Source: Patescibacteria group bacterium (GTDB taxonomy: Bacteria; Patescibacteriota; Patescibacteriia; Buchananbacterales; GWA2-38-13). Taken from it: DNA of 64,000 bases. Made by a program: the position numbers and the translations under genes. The DNA is taken from contig JAQTQO010000003.1 of NCBI GenBank assembly GCA_028712155.1, positions 2,309-66,308 of the forward strand, written 5' to 3'. Under the pieces are notes generated by a model, which did no database searches, was not told the origin of the DNA, and worked only from the letters and a program-made list of their open reading frames with translations. Positions 43,826 to 56,810 of the stretch are shown one piece after another; within the stretch, counting starts at the first letter, position 1; the number at the start of each line of letters is the position of its first letter.

Positions 43826-45031
43826 ATGAAGTTTTCCTACACTGCGGCCACGCCGCAGGGGAAAATCAAAACCGGTCTGGTGGAAGCGGCTGACCGGAAA
43901 TCGGCGGCGGTGCAGCTGGCCCATGAGCAGCTGTCGGTGGTGCGGATTGCAGCGGTCCGGCAGTGGTCCGTGCATTTTTCTCATATCTCGCTGTTGCAGC
44001 GGATGTTGATCGCCCAGCACCTGGCCACCCTCTTGTCCGCCGGCGTCAGCTTGCTCGAGGCATTGCGGGTCATCGAAGATGAGGCGCGGACGCGGCGGAT
44101 GCGCAAGGTCATCGCGCGCGTGCGCATGTCCGTTGATTCCGGAACGACACTCGCGGGAGCGCTGGAGGCGCAGGGGCACTCGTTTGATCCGCTGTTTGTC
44201 AGCCTCGTGCGGGTCGGCGAAAGCAGCGGGACCCTGGAGGAAAACTTACAGTATTTGTCGGAGGAACTTGAAAAACGTCTGAACCTGCGCAGCAAGGTCC
44301 GGGCCGCGGCAACGTACCCGGGCGTGGTGGTGATGGTGACCGCAGTGCTGGGCGCGGTACTGGTGTATTTCGTGCTGCCAAAAATTGTTCCGTTGTTCTC
44401 ATCGCTCAAAGTTAAACTGCCGCTGACCACCGTTGCTTTGCTGTGGGTGGCGACGTTCATGCGCAATTCCGGGGTGTTGGCGTTTATATTAACCGTGGCG
44501 GTGATCGTACTGTTGCGTTCGAGCCTGCTGCTGCCGTCGGTTCGACTGGCGTGGCATCGGGCGTTGGTCAGAATGCCGGTGGCCGGGCGGGTCGTGCGGA
44601 ACATCAACCTGGCGAACACGTGCCGGACGCTGGGCACATTATTGAAGAGCGGCGTACCGATCGTGGAGGCGCTCGATATCACTGCCGAAACCAGCCGGAA
44701 CGTTGCGTACCAGCAGGAAATTTTTGAGCTGCGCAGCGCGACGGCGACCGGTCAGAGTTTGGCGGCCGCCATGGCGGGCCGGTCCGGACGCATGTTTTTT
44801 TCTCCGCTCACCCTGAGCCTGGTGCGCGTGGGGGAAACGAGCGGCAAACTTGATGAAAGCCTTTTGTATCTCAATCGTTTTTACGAACGCGAGGTGGACA
44901 GCATCATGAAAGATTTATCGGTGATTCTCGAGCCGGCGCTGCTGGTGTTCATCGGCCTGATCGTCGCGCTCGTGGTGAGTGCCATCATTACGCCGATCTA
45001 TCAAATTTCCGGCAGTCTGCAGGTGCGTTAG
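43826..45031 (+). CDS. pilC: type IV pilus platform protein (PilC/GspF)
   Basis: Two T2SSF repeats ('LATLLSAGVSLLEAL', 'TLGTLLKSGVPIVEAL'). Confidence 0.88.
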   Translation: MKFSYTAATPQGKIKTGLVEAADRKSAAVQLAHEQLSVVRIAAVRQWSVHFSHISLLQRMLIAQHLATLLSAGVSLLEALRVIEDEARTRRMRKVIARVRMSVDSGTTLAGALEAQGHSFDPLFVSLVRVGESSGTLEENLQYLSEELEKRLNLRSKVRAAATYPGVVVMVTAVLGAVLVYFVLPKIVPLFSSLKVKLPLTTVALLWVATFMRNSGVLAFILTVAVIVLLRSSLLLPSVRLAWHRALVRMPVAGRVVRNINLANTCRTLGTLLKSGVPIVEALDITAETSRNVAYQQEIFELRSATATGQSLAAAMAGRSGRMFFSPLTLSLVRVGETSGKLDESLLYLNRFYEREVDSIMKDLSVILEPALLVFIGLIVALVVSAIITPIYQISGSLQVR

Positions 45032-45032
45032 C

Positions 45033-47099
45033 ATGCAATCTATGTTTCACTGGCCACGGCACAGCGTCGTCGGCATTGACGTGTCCGACCGGACGGTTGA
45101 GGCGGTTTTACTGAAACGGAAGTTCGGCAAACCTTGGCTGGCCGCGTACAGCCGCCAGGTTTTCCCCGCGGGCATGGTGGAGAACGGACGGATCCTCAAG
45201 CCGTCCGAGCTCGCCGAATGCTTGCGCGCGCTTTTGCGCCAGGCAAAGCCCGAGCCGATCCGCGAACGCCTGTGCGTGCTCTGCCTGCCGGAGTCACAGG
45301 TGTTCTCGCACGTGTTTGCGGAGTCGCCGGTGCTGGCCAACGACCAGGTGCGGCGGGCGATCCTTCTGGAGGCCGAGCAGTTCACCCCGATTCCGCTGCG
45401 CGAAAGCTATTACGATTTTTTGCCGCTGGGAAAAGCGGGTGATGCGCAGGAGGTGTACTACGTGGCGACGCGGCGAAGCCTCGTGCACCAGTACCTGGAA
45501 GTCTTTCGGTCGGCCGGGATTTTACCGATCGCGTTTGAGCCGGAATCCGCCAGCCTGGCGCGGTCGTTGACGCGGCGGGGTCTGACGGATCGCGGGGCCA
45601 TGGTGCTGCTGCTGGATGTCGGCGCGCGCACGACCAACGCGCATCTCGTGCGCCAGGGCACGGTCGTGGGAAGTCTCACGATCCCGCGCGCGGGCAGCCA
45701 TTTCACGGCGGCGGTCGCGACCGCATTGAAATTGAAAGAGACGGAAGCGGAGGAAAAAAAGATTGCCTCCGGTTTTGATGCGCAACGCGGTCGGGGTGAA
45801 CTGCTACCGACGCTGGTTGCCGCCGCCCGTCCGATCGTTGAGGAGATCAAACGGTACATCGCGTATGCGGAGGAGCACCGTTCGTTGACCGTGCAACAAG
45901 TCATTTTAGCCGGCGGTTCGGCGCTCCTGCCGGGTTTTCCCGAGTACCTGGCGGCTCAGCTGGGGTTGCCCGTGACGCTGGGCAATCCGCTCCAGCGGGT
46001 CCGGTTGGGGGCGGCTAAATTGCCGGAGCGCGAATCGGTTTTGTACGGTAATGTTATCGGCCTGGCTTTGCGGGGGCTGATGCGCGACCCCGTCGGGGGC
46101 GGCCTCAATCTGCTGTCGCAGGCCCAGGATCGGATTCGCAGCGAGCAAATTCAGCAATTCTTCACCCGGCCAAAGCTTGACCGCAAGCTCATCGGATTGA
46201 TGGTCGCGTTCGGGTTGAGCCTCGCGGTTCTCGCCGGATTGGTATGGTTTCGATACGCCGCACCGTCACCGGCCCGGCGTGCGCCGGTTGATTTATCGCC
46301 GGTGGATTGGCAGGCGCTGCAGGCGCCCCGTACCTATCATCTGGTTTTTTCCTATGGCACCACCACTCCGTCGGAATCTTTATCCGGGCGGTTGCTCGAA
46401 GGAACTTTCACCGTGACCGGGAACCACCGTACCACCGGAACGACTACGGCAACTTTGCTCAATGCGGTTTCCGTGCGGCTGGTCAATGAACGCGACGTTG
46501 AGCAGCCGCTGGTCCTGCGCACGCGCCTGCAGTCGGCCGACGGTAGTATCGTGCGGCTGCCGCAAGCCGTGGTTGTCCCAGCGGACAGTACCCTGGCGGT
46601 TGAGATCCCGCTCGCGGAAGGTGCGGTTCCGCCCAATGGCCGCCTGCGGATACCGGGGTTGCGCGCGGATTTGCAGGATGAGGTGTACGGCGAAGTGCTG
46701 CAAACCGGAACGGGCTCGGACCCCGTGGTGACCGCGGACGACCTCACGGCGGCGCGCCTTCAACTGCAGACCGCGCTCCGCAAAAAAGCGCAGGATACCT
46801 TTGTGCCGCAAGCTGCGGTCGGGGAATATTTGCTCCCGTTCGATATTCCGCTTGGCGAGGAACAGTATGCGCCGGACGCAGCCGCAGGGGCTAAGGTTGT
46901 GGAATTTTCCGCCGCATTGACGCAATCGGTCGGGGGGTTAGTGACTTCGGAGCGGTCGCTGCAGGAGGTTATTGCGCGGGAGTTTGGAATAACGCAGCAG
47001 CAGCTGGAATCGGTGAGCTATCAATTGGAAGGTGTTGACTTGGAGCAACGGCAAATTCGTGTTATAATAACATCGTCACTCCAGGCTGTGGAAAAGTGA
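45033..47099 (+). CDS. PilM (actin-like) fused to PilN-like TM segment and a long C-terminal extracytoplasmic domain
   Basis: PilM N-terminus 'VVGIDVSDRTVEAVLL', TM 'LIGLMVAFGLSLAVLAGLVWF' at about residue 400, then a 300-aa Thr/Gly-rich domain. Confidence 0.75.
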   Translation: MQSMFHWPRHSVVGIDVSDRTVEAVLLKRKFGKPWLAAYSRQVFPAGMVENGRILKPSELAECLRALLRQAKPEPIRERLCVLCLPESQVFSHVFAESPVLANDQVRRAILLEAEQFTPIPLRESYYDFLPLGKAGDAQEVYYVATRRSLVHQYLEVFRSAGILPIAFEPESASLARSLTRRGLTDRGAMVLLLDVGARTTNAHLVRQGTVVGSLTIPRAGSHFTAAVATALKLKETEAEEKKIASGFDAQRGRGELLPTLVAAARPIVEEIKRYIAYAEEHRSLTVQQVILAGGSALLPGFPEYLAAQLGLPVTLGNPLQRVRLGAAKLPERESVLYGNVIGLALRGLMRDPVGGGLNLLSQAQDRIRSEQIQQFFTRPKLDRKLIGLMVAFGLSLAVLAGLVWFRYAAPSPARRAPVDLSPVDWQALQAPRTYHLVFSYGTTTPSESLSGRLLEGTFTVTGNHRTTGTTTATLLNAVSVRLVNERDVEQPLVLRTRLQSADGSIVRLPQAVVVPADSTLAVEIPLAEGAVPPNGRLRIPGLRADLQDEVYGEVLQTGTGSDPVVTADDLTAARLQLQTALRKKAQDTFVPQAAVGEYLLPFDIPLGEEQYAPDAAAGAKVVEFSAALTQSVGGLVTSERSLQEVIAREFGITQQQLESVSYQLEGVDLEQRQIRVIITSSLQAVEK

Positions 47100-47228
47100 T
47101 TCCGCCGAGGAATCACTTTGAGTGCAATCGAGGGATCTGTAATTTTTTATATTTTTTGCTAATCAATGAGCGGTTAAGCAGAAAACTTAGCCGCCGATAA
47201 ATGATAACATCATTAATATTCATAACCT

Positions 47229-47747
47229 ATGGTACGTGTAGGCCACTTGCGACGAAAGGGGTTCACGCTCATTGAACTCCTCATTGTCATCGGCATCATT
47301 GCAGTGCTCGCGGCGATAATCTTTGTCGCCGTGGATCCTGCCCGGCGGTTTGCGGAAGCCCGCAACGCGCAGCGCTGGTCGGAAGCGAATGCGGTGCTCA
47401 ACGCGATCCTCAAATGCACGGTGGACAATAACGGAACCCTGCCGTCTGCCGTGGGGAGCGCGACGGCCGGAACGTACTACATGATCGGGAGCGGTACGAG
47501 TTTCGCCGGTTGCACCGATGCACACGCTGGAGCAGGGACTACCGCCGTGATGGATCTGGGGGCCTCCACGTGCGAGACTGGCACGACATTGGCGCCCGAT
47601 TATATCGCGCAAATGCCGGTTGAACCCGGAAGCGGAACCTGGGATCAAACGAAAACCGGTTACTACATCGTCAAAACATCTTCAGGCAGAATCACCATCG
47701 GCGCGTGCGCCGGAGAGCGGAGTGAAACGATCGAAGTTACGCGCTAG
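47229..47747 (+). CDS. type IV pilin / pseudopilin (class III signal peptide)
   Basis: Prepilin motif 'RRKGFTLIELLIVIGIIAVLAAI'. Confidence 0.85.
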   Translation: MVRVGHLRRKGFTLIELLIVIGIIAVLAAIIFVAVDPARRFAEARNAQRWSEANAVLNAILKCTVDNNGTLPSAVGSATAGTYYMIGSGTSFAGCTDAHAGAGTTAVMDLGASTCETGTTLAPDYIAQMPVEPGSGTWDQTKTGYYIVKTSSGRITIGACAGERSETIEVTR

Positions 47748-47770
47748 CTAAAAATTGCTATTCGTACGTT

Positions 47771-47798
47771 CAAGAACGGCCCGGCTGGGCCGTTCTTG
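47771..47798 (+). terminator. strong GC hairpin after the pilin gene (terminator candidate, no U-tract)
   Basis: Perfect 12-bp stem 'caagaacggccc'/'gggccgttcttg', loop 'ggct'. Confidence 0.45.
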
Positions 47799-47890
47799 CG
47801 TCACGGCAAATGAGCCCGAGGGGCGTCGCAAATTCAGGGTTTGACTCAGTTGCCACCGGCTTCGTTTCGGGGTATATTTTGAGCAGTACT

Positions 47891-48403
47891 ATGAATCCAA
47901 AAGTTGCCATTGTAGTAGCGCAAGCGGATTTCCGTGACGAGGAATTTCTGCAGACCCGCGAGATATTGCAGCGTTTTGGTTTTATGATCACGGTCGTATC
48001 GGAGACGCTGGAACCGGCGCACGGCAAATTCGGCGCGATCGCGCTTCCCAACCTGACCCTGCAGGAGCTGCGGGCGAAGGATTTTGATGCGCTCGTGCTG
48101 ATTGGCGGTCCCGGGGTGCGGAAGATGTTTGCCATGCGGACCGTGCTGCGGCGGGTCCAGGAGTTCGCCCGCGCGGGAAAGGTGGTGGCGGCAATTTGCA
48201 GCGCGCCGACGATTCTTGCCAACGCCGGGTTGCTGATGGGTAAACGGGCGACGGCGTACCCGACCGAAGAGACGGCGTTGCGCGATCGCGGGGCGGAGTA
48301 TACGGGGTTTCCGGTGGAGTCCGACGGCGTGCTCATTACGGCCAAGGATTCCACCTACACGCGTGAATTTGCCGAACGCATCGTCTGGGCGCTCGGCGAA
48401 TGA
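47891..48403 (+). CDS. DJ-1/PfpI family protein
   Basis: Nucleophile elbow 'AAICSAPT'; 'ALVLIGGPG'. Confidence 0.8.
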   Translation: MNPKVAIVVAQADFRDEEFLQTREILQRFGFMITVVSETLEPAHGKFGAIALPNLTLQELRAKDFDALVLIGGPGVRKMFAMRTVLRRVQEFARAGKVVAAICSAPTILANAGLLMGKRATAYPTEETALRDRGAEYTGFPVESDGVLITAKDSTYTREFAERIVWALGE

Positions 48404-48460
48404 GCGGGGACGGGCGGCATTCATGTTTCCTTAATCCGAAGGTGGTACTTTTACTGTCGT

Positions 48461-49102
48461 ATGATACATACCCTTCCAAAACTTCCATTTGCATACGACG
48501 CGCTTGAGCCGCATCTCGACGCGCGGACGGTGGAGATTCATTACGGCAAACACCACCAGGCGTACGTTGATAATCTGAACAAGGCGCTGTCCGCATATCC
48601 CGAACTGCAAGCATGGACGCTCGAGCAGCTTATTTTGCGCAGCAGCGAGGTGCCCGAAAAAATTCGCACGGCCGTGCGCAACAACGCCGGCCAGCACCTG
48701 AACCACTCGCTGTATTGGCAGTATTTGTCGCCGCGCGGCGGCAATCCATCGAGCGCGCTGCTGGCGGGAATCACCCGCGCGTTCGGGAGCCTGGCGTCGT
48801 TTCAGGCGCAGTTCACGCAAACCGCTTTGGCGCACTTCGGGAGCGGCTGGGCATGGCTGGTGGTGCACCACGGCGCGTTGGAAGTACTGAGTACGCCGAA
48901 TCAGGAAAATCCGCTGGTCTTAGGCGCGCAGCCGATTCTTGTCTGCGACGTCTGGGAACATGCGTACTATCTGAAGTATCAGAACCGCCGGGCCGATTAT
49001 CTGGCCGCCTGGTGGAAGGTGGTTGATTGGAATAGAGTGGCCGAAGCATTCTCTGCGGTTGGAGATGCGCCGGGAGCATCGCGGCGCAAGCGCGACGAAT
49101 AA
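48461..49102 (+). CDS. sodA: superoxide dismutase [Fe/Mn]
   Basis: 'HYGKHHQAYV', 'QHLNHSLYW', 'DVWEHAYY' metal ligands. Confidence 0.92.
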   Translation: MIHTLPKLPFAYDALEPHLDARTVEIHYGKHHQAYVDNLNKALSAYPELQAWTLEQLILRSSEVPEKIRTAVRNNAGQHLNHSLYWQYLSPRGGNPSSALLAGITRAFGSLASFQAQFTQTALAHFGSGWAWLVVHHGALEVLSTPNQENPLVLGAQPILVCDVWEHAYYLKYQNRRADYLAAWWKVVDWNRVAEAFSAVGDAPGASRRKRDE

Positions 49103-49130
49103 TTTGCACAATATTCGCAAGACGTAATTT

Positions 49131-49979
49131 ATGCCACATACCCAACGATTTCGCATCGTGCTCGCAACGGCGTTGCTGAGTACGGTCTTTGGCGGCTGCG
49201 CAAGACAGACTCCAACACCGGGCAACCCCAATGAAAACCCCAGCGGCGGTGCGGGGATTGGAGGCGCCACGCCAACGCCGGCCGGGTCAGTGACGGGCGA
49301 TGTCGTTACTTTTTTTGGCGTGCGGACAAACGTGCTGGTCGGACAGCCGTTTGAAGTGACGTGGCGGGTGCAGCCGGCAGAAAAGGATGCGACGCTCACG
49401 GCTACGTACCTTCACTATGATACCATTTCCCATCCCGGGAGCTTCGGTCCTGCGGTGACCGCGACGGACGCGGGCTATACTTCCATCGCCACCAACTTTG
49501 CCAAAACTTCGGACCGACTTCCCCGCGCGTTTACCATGAAAGTGCCGGCCACCCGTACGGGGACCCTGTATATGCGTGCGCATGCGGTGATCGGCGGTAA
49601 GAATTACTGGTCGTCAGAGGTGAAGGTGGTGGTGATGACTCCAGACGAACTGCGCGGCAGTCAGACGTCGGAGCCTAACCCTTCCGAGGCGCCGGAAGCG
49701 ATCGGCGTTTCGTTCAGTATGACGGCGAAAAACTGGGAATTTTCGCCCAACGTTCTGCGGGTGAAAAAAGGGAATTCGGTCGTGATTTCCATCACCAATA
49801 CGGAGGGCGCCCATGGATTTGTCTTGCCGGATTTTAGCATCGATGAAAAGCTCGTGCCCGGGCAGTCCGTGACGGTAAAGTTGTTCGCTTACAAATCGGG
49901 CGAATTCACTTTTTCCTGCGGCGTTCCTTGCGGTTCGGAGCACCAGAACATGAAAGGTACGCTGATTGTTGAACCGTAG
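49131..49979 (+). CDS. lipoprotein with C-terminal cupredoxin-like copper-binding domain
   Basis: Lipobox 'VFGGC'; 'GAHGF...CGVPCGSEHQNM' (His, Cys, His, Met) as in type-1/CuA-like sites. Confidence 0.6.
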   Translation: MPHTQRFRIVLATALLSTVFGGCARQTPTPGNPNENPSGGAGIGGATPTPAGSVTGDVVTFFGVRTNVLVGQPFEVTWRVQPAEKDATLTATYLHYDTISHPGSFGPAVTATDAGYTSIATNFAKTSDRLPRAFTMKVPATRTGTLYMRAHAVIGGKNYWSSEVKVVVMTPDELRGSQTSEPNPSEAPEAIGVSFSMTAKNWEFSPNVLRVKKGNSVVISITNTEGAHGFVLPDFSIDEKLVPGQSVTVKLFAYKSGEFTFSCGVPCGSEHQNMKGTLIVEP

Positions 49980-50070
49980 AGTCGCCGCGACCGGCGACCG
50001 TTTGGATGAGCCGCACGTGTGGATGCAAGGTATGCAATATCGGGAATCGCATATATTCCCGCTTACAGCT

Positions 50071-52098
50071 ATGGGAAAAAAAGACTTAACGCGCCCGCGC
50101 CGTGCGGGCGTTACTGTATCGCCGCGCGTTACATCCGCCGACCCCCAGGGCGGCAGATTCATTCTGCGTGCGCCGTTTCAACCGTCCGGTGATCAACCGA
50201 AGGCGATTGCCGCGCTCGTCGCAGGAGCGAAGAAAACCGGCGGCCAGACGCTTTTGGGAGTGACCGGTTCGGGGAAAACGTACACGATCGCGCAGGTCAT
50301 CGAACGCCTGCAGCGGCCGACGCTGATCCTCTCGCACAACAAGACGTTAGCGGCGCAACTCTATCAGGAATTCCAGGAATTTTTTCCCCAAAACCGCGTG
50401 TGTTTCTTCGTGTCGTACTACGATTACTACCAGCCGGAAAGCTATTTGCCGGCGTCGGATACGTTCATCGAAAAAGATGTATTGATCAACGAGAAAATCG
50501 AACAGCTGCGGTTGGAAGCCGCGACGAGTTTGCTGACCCGACCGGATGTCATTATCGTGTCGTCGGTTTCCTGCATTTACGGGTTCGGCCGGCCCAAAGA
50601 CTACGAAGCCGGCCGAATGCAAATGTCCGTCGGGCAGGGGATTGACCGCCAGGAGCTACTGGGTAAGCTGGTCGCCATGCAGTACGAGCGCAATGACCTT
50701 GAACTCAAGCCGGGAAGATTCCGCGTACGGGGCGACACCGTTGACATTCTGCCCGGTTCGGCCTTTTCCGAAATTATCCGGATCCAGCTGGATGGAGATG
50801 CGATTGGTAAAATTTCCAGATTGCTGCGAAGCGACGGTCGCCAGGTCGGCACCTTGTCTGACGTGATGATTTTTCCGGCAAAATCGTTTGTGGTACCGCT
50901 CGAACGGCGTCAGGCCGCCATGACGGCTATTCGGGTCGAACTGGAACAGCGGCTGCCGCAGCTCGGGGCGGTGGAAGCTTACCGCCTGCGGCAGCGCACC
51001 GAATACGATCTGGAAATGATTGAGCAGCTTGGGTACTGCAAGGGCATTGAGAATTACTCGCGGCATTTTGACGGACGCGTTCCGGGTACGCATCCGTTCA
51101 CCCTGTTGGATTTTTTTGATTACGCCGCCAAAAAATGGCTGATGGTGATTGACGAGTCGCATGTCACGCTGCCGCAGGTATCCGGCATGTACCACGGGGA
51201 CTTCGCCCGGAAAAAAAATCTCGTGGACTATGGTTTTCGGTTACCTTCGGCATACGATAACCGTCCGCTGAAGTTTGAGGAGTTTGAACCGTATCTTTCC
51301 CACGTCATTTATACTTCAGCCACCCCGTCCGCTGATGAGGTATCTCGTTCCACGCAAGTGGTGGAACAAATCATCCGTCCGACCGGCCTGGTGGATCCGC
51401 CGATTGAAGTGCGGCCAGTCGCTAACCAGATTCCTGATCTGACGGCAGAAATTAAAGCGACCATTGCCAAAGGGTATCGCGTGCTGGTCACGACGCTGAC
51501 CAAAAAACTGGCGGAAGAATTGAGCCAGTACTTGGTCGCCGCCGGCATTAAAAGCGAATACCTGCATTCTGAGATCGATACCCTCGAGCGGACCGAAATT
51601 CTCCGCAAGCTTCGGTCCGGCATCATTGAGGTTATTGTCGGCATCAACCTGCTGCGCGAGGGTTTAGATTTGCCCGAGGTGGCACTCGTGGCAATACTTG
51701 ACGCCGACCGCGAGGGGTTTTTGCGCAATACCGTCAGCCTGATCCAGACCATCGGCCGTGCTGCGCGCAATGTTGATGCGAAAGTCATCATGTACGGCGA
51801 CACCGTGACTTCCTCCATGCGCGAAGCCATGGACGAAACAAACCGGCGCCGCCGGATTCAACTGGCGTATAACGAAAAACACGGTATTACGCCGCAGACT
51901 ATCCGGAAGGCGATTCGTGAGATGGGGCATGCGGTTGCACCGCGCGCGCCGAAGTCGGCCAAACAGCTTGCCGTCATCATCGAAGATCTCGATATGCAGA
52001 TGCAAAACGCCGCCGAAGCGCTGGATTTTGAAAAGGCGATTGAAATACGCGATAAGATCGCGCAGCTGAAAGCGCAAGTTGAGGTAAATAAAAAATAA
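50071..52098 (+). CDS. uvrB: excinuclease ABC subunit B
   Basis: 'APFQPSGDQPKAI', Walker A 'GVTGSGKT', helicase motifs, C-terminal UVR domain 'ALDFEKAIEIRDKIAQLK'; ORF opens at 49966, start taken as 50071. Confidence 0.9.
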   Translation: MGKKDLTRPRRAGVTVSPRVTSADPQGGRFILRAPFQPSGDQPKAIAALVAGAKKTGGQTLLGVTGSGKTYTIAQVIERLQRPTLILSHNKTLAAQLYQEFQEFFPQNRVCFFVSYYDYYQPESYLPASDTFIEKDVLINEKIEQLRLEAATSLLTRPDVIIVSSVSCIYGFGRPKDYEAGRMQMSVGQGIDRQELLGKLVAMQYERNDLELKPGRFRVRGDTVDILPGSAFSEIIRIQLDGDAIGKISRLLRSDGRQVGTLSDVMIFPAKSFVVPLERRQAAMTAIRVELEQRLPQLGAVEAYRLRQRTEYDLEMIEQLGYCKGIENYSRHFDGRVPGTHPFTLLDFFDYAAKKWLMVIDESHVTLPQVSGMYHGDFARKKNLVDYGFRLPSAYDNRPLKFEEFEPYLSHVIYTSATPSADEVSRSTQVVEQIIRPTGLVDPPIEVRPVANQIPDLTAEIKATIAKGYRVLVTTLTKKLAEELSQYLVAAGIKSEYLHSEIDTLERTEILRKLRSGIIEVIVGINLLREGLDLPEVALVAILDADREGFLRNTVSLIQTIGRAARNVDAKVIMYGDTVTSSMREAMDETNRRRRIQLAYNEKHGITPQTIRKAIREMGHAVAPRAPKSAKQLAVIIEDLDMQMQNAAEALDFEKAIEIRDKIAQLKAQVEVNKK

Positions 52099-52118
52099 CG
52101 CCACGGTGAGGTGGCGTT
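52097..52118. terminator. hairpin terminator between convergent uvrB and the M16 peptidase gene
   Basis: 8-bp stem 'aacgccac'/'gtggcgtt' with an A-run on its plus-strand 5' side (a U-tract on minus). Confidence 0.5.
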
Positions 52119-52147
52119 AGACGAAAGGGCGAAACGGGATAGAGCGT

Positions 52148-53461
52148 TCAGGCGAGTGCGCGGAAGATGAACGGTTTGATTGCCAGCAGTTGATCGCGGC
52201 AGGCGTCGATCTCATCCCACGTGAGCTGTTCGAGCGTTATTTCCTCGTCGAGTGCGTCCGCTGGTTGTTCGCCAAGGCGTAATGCCTGCTTGATACGCTC
52301 GTTGGCCGTTCCTGGGTTGAGGGGTTTGTCTGACCGCGAATGATGTCGGCGTTTATTACGGTTTTGGTAAGCGCTCCATTTTGCGGTAGTGAGTTCCTCG
52401 GCCGCTTCCCGAATAACCTGGAGTGCGGTTGTGAAATGATCCCGTTGGACCGGCAGGCGAAACGACAGGCAGCAGAAGTGCGGTTGTATTTCGAACCGTG
52501 CAAGCCTTTGTGCGGAATAGATGAGCCGGTGTTTTTCGCGCAACGCATTGCCAACCGGATTTGCATCATCACCGCCAAGGTAATGACAAAATTTATCCCA
52601 CGCAACACGGGCACGCGCATCGGGACGCGACAGGGGGAAATTGACATTGATGCTATCAATGCGAAAATCCGAGCCGCACAGTTCGATTTCTTTGCCGTAA
52701 GGCAGCGGGGGGAGAACGATTGGTTCGACGGCAGGTGCGCACGTGAGCGTTCCGAAAGCGGTCTCAAGATGCGTCAGCAGCTGGACGCTCGGCGGCAGGG
52801 TGCCGCAGCAGAAAAGTGCGAGGTTGCTCGCGTGGTAGTAACGCCGCTGGAATTCCACTAGGGTCTCCGGCGTCATGTGCTGGATGGAGTCCGGGGTGCC
52901 GATGGGGGAATGGTTCAATGGATGGTCCCCGTAGAGTGCATGCAAGAATTCCTCCAAATACACCCGTCCGCGAAGGATGTGACTTTCGCGGTACTCAGCG
53001 GCGATGACTTCGCGTTCATGGGCTGTGCTTAACGCGTCGATGCGTGGAGCCGTGATGATTTCCGCGAAAACCGGCAACAGGCGCAGGAAGCATTCGGCTT
53101 TGCAGTGCAGGCCGTACTCGGTGTACGTTTGCGAAGTGCGTGCATCGCGCCAATTGCCGCTCGCATCGAATACGGCGGCAAGCGCTTCAAAGCTTGGGCA
53201 GTGCACCGTGCCTTGGTATCCGATGTGTTCGCGGAAATGCGCTGTCCCTAGTGCATCAGGAGGGTCCAGCCAGCTGCCCACGCGGTGTAAAAGCGCGTAT
53301 ATCCAGCACGGTTCATCCTGCTCCTTTTCTATCTGCTTTTTTCCCTCGTCAGCAGACTTCTCCTCCCCCTTTTTCTTGCTGTCATCCTGGTAGCGGCGGT
53401 AGATGTAAACCGGTATACCGTTGCCGAGCGCGTGGCGTTCGAATAGTTCCGACGATTTCAT
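52148..53461 (-). CDS. M16-family (pitrilysin/insulinase-like) zinc peptidase
   Basis: Inverted zinc motif 'AHFREH' (HxxEH); Lys/Glu-rich insert near the N-terminus. Confidence 0.55.
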   Translation of the reverse strand: MKSSELFERHALGNGIPVYIYRRYQDDSKKKGEEKSADEGKKQIEKEQDEPCWIYALLHRVGSWLDPPDALGTAHFREHIGYQGTVHCPSFEALAAVFDASGNWRDARTSQTYTEYGLHCKAECFLRLLPVFAEIITAPRIDALSTAHEREVIAAEYRESHILRGRVYLEEFLHALYGDHPLNHSPIGTPDSIQHMTPETLVEFQRRYYHASNLALFCCGTLPPSVQLLTHLETAFGTLTCAPAVEPIVLPPLPYGKEIELCGSDFRIDSINVNFPLSRPDARARVAWDKFCHYLGGDDANPVGNALREKHRLIYSAQRLARFEIQPHFCCLSFRLPVQRDHFTTALQVIREAAEELTTAKWSAYQNRNKRRHHSRSDKPLNPGTANERIKQALRLGEQPADALDEEITLEQLTWDEIDACRDQLLAIKPFIFRALA

Positions 53462-53619
53462 TGCGGTACGTCCTTTCTGTTCCTGGTTTTGTTTTTTTGC
53501 CGGTCAATTGTCAAGCTACAGCGAATGTGCTAGGATATCACCGAAGTTTGACTTTGTCAAGCCAATTTTGGGTATTTCAAGAACAATAAATTACTCTGAC
53601 CTATCAGGAGAGGCGCGTT

Positions 53620-56525
<2,906 letters not shown>

Positions 56526-56526
<1 letters not shown>

Positions 56527-56556
56527 AAAAAAGAGGGGTCGACGCGCGGTCGACCC
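56526..56556 (-). terminator. intrinsic terminator for the minus-strand zinc-ribbon gene
   Basis: Stem 'gggtcgac'/'gtcgaccc' preceded on plus by A7 (a U-tract on minus). Confidence 0.6.
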
Positions 56557-56576
56557 GTGGGAAACGCAAGGTACAA

Positions 56577-56810
56577 CTACCCTTCTTCGTGAGGCACCGG
56601 CTGTAAGGCGGCAGTCGTCAGCTTCGTGCTGCCGTTCGTCCCTGTGCTCACAAGGAAGATCGGGGGGATGGATATCCCCAGCCGGATCATTTCCGTGAGG
56701 GACGAGATGATTTGGAGGCTGCGGTCGCAGGCCGGGCATTTTCCTTTCTCGTTGGGGACGACGGGAACCCGACAGTTCGGGTTATGGCAGAAGGCAACAT
56801 GAACGTCCAT
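56577..56810 (-). CDS. small zinc-ribbon protein with C-terminal hydrophobic segment
   Basis: 'CHNPNCRVPVVPNEKGKCPACD' (C-x4-C-x12-C-x2-C); SD GAGGAGGG 4 nt before the ATG; own terminator. Confidence 0.5.
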   Translation of the reverse strand: MDVHVAFCHNPNCRVPVVPNEKGKCPACDRSLQIISSLTEMIRLGISIPPIFLVSTGTNGSTKLTTAALQPVPHEEG

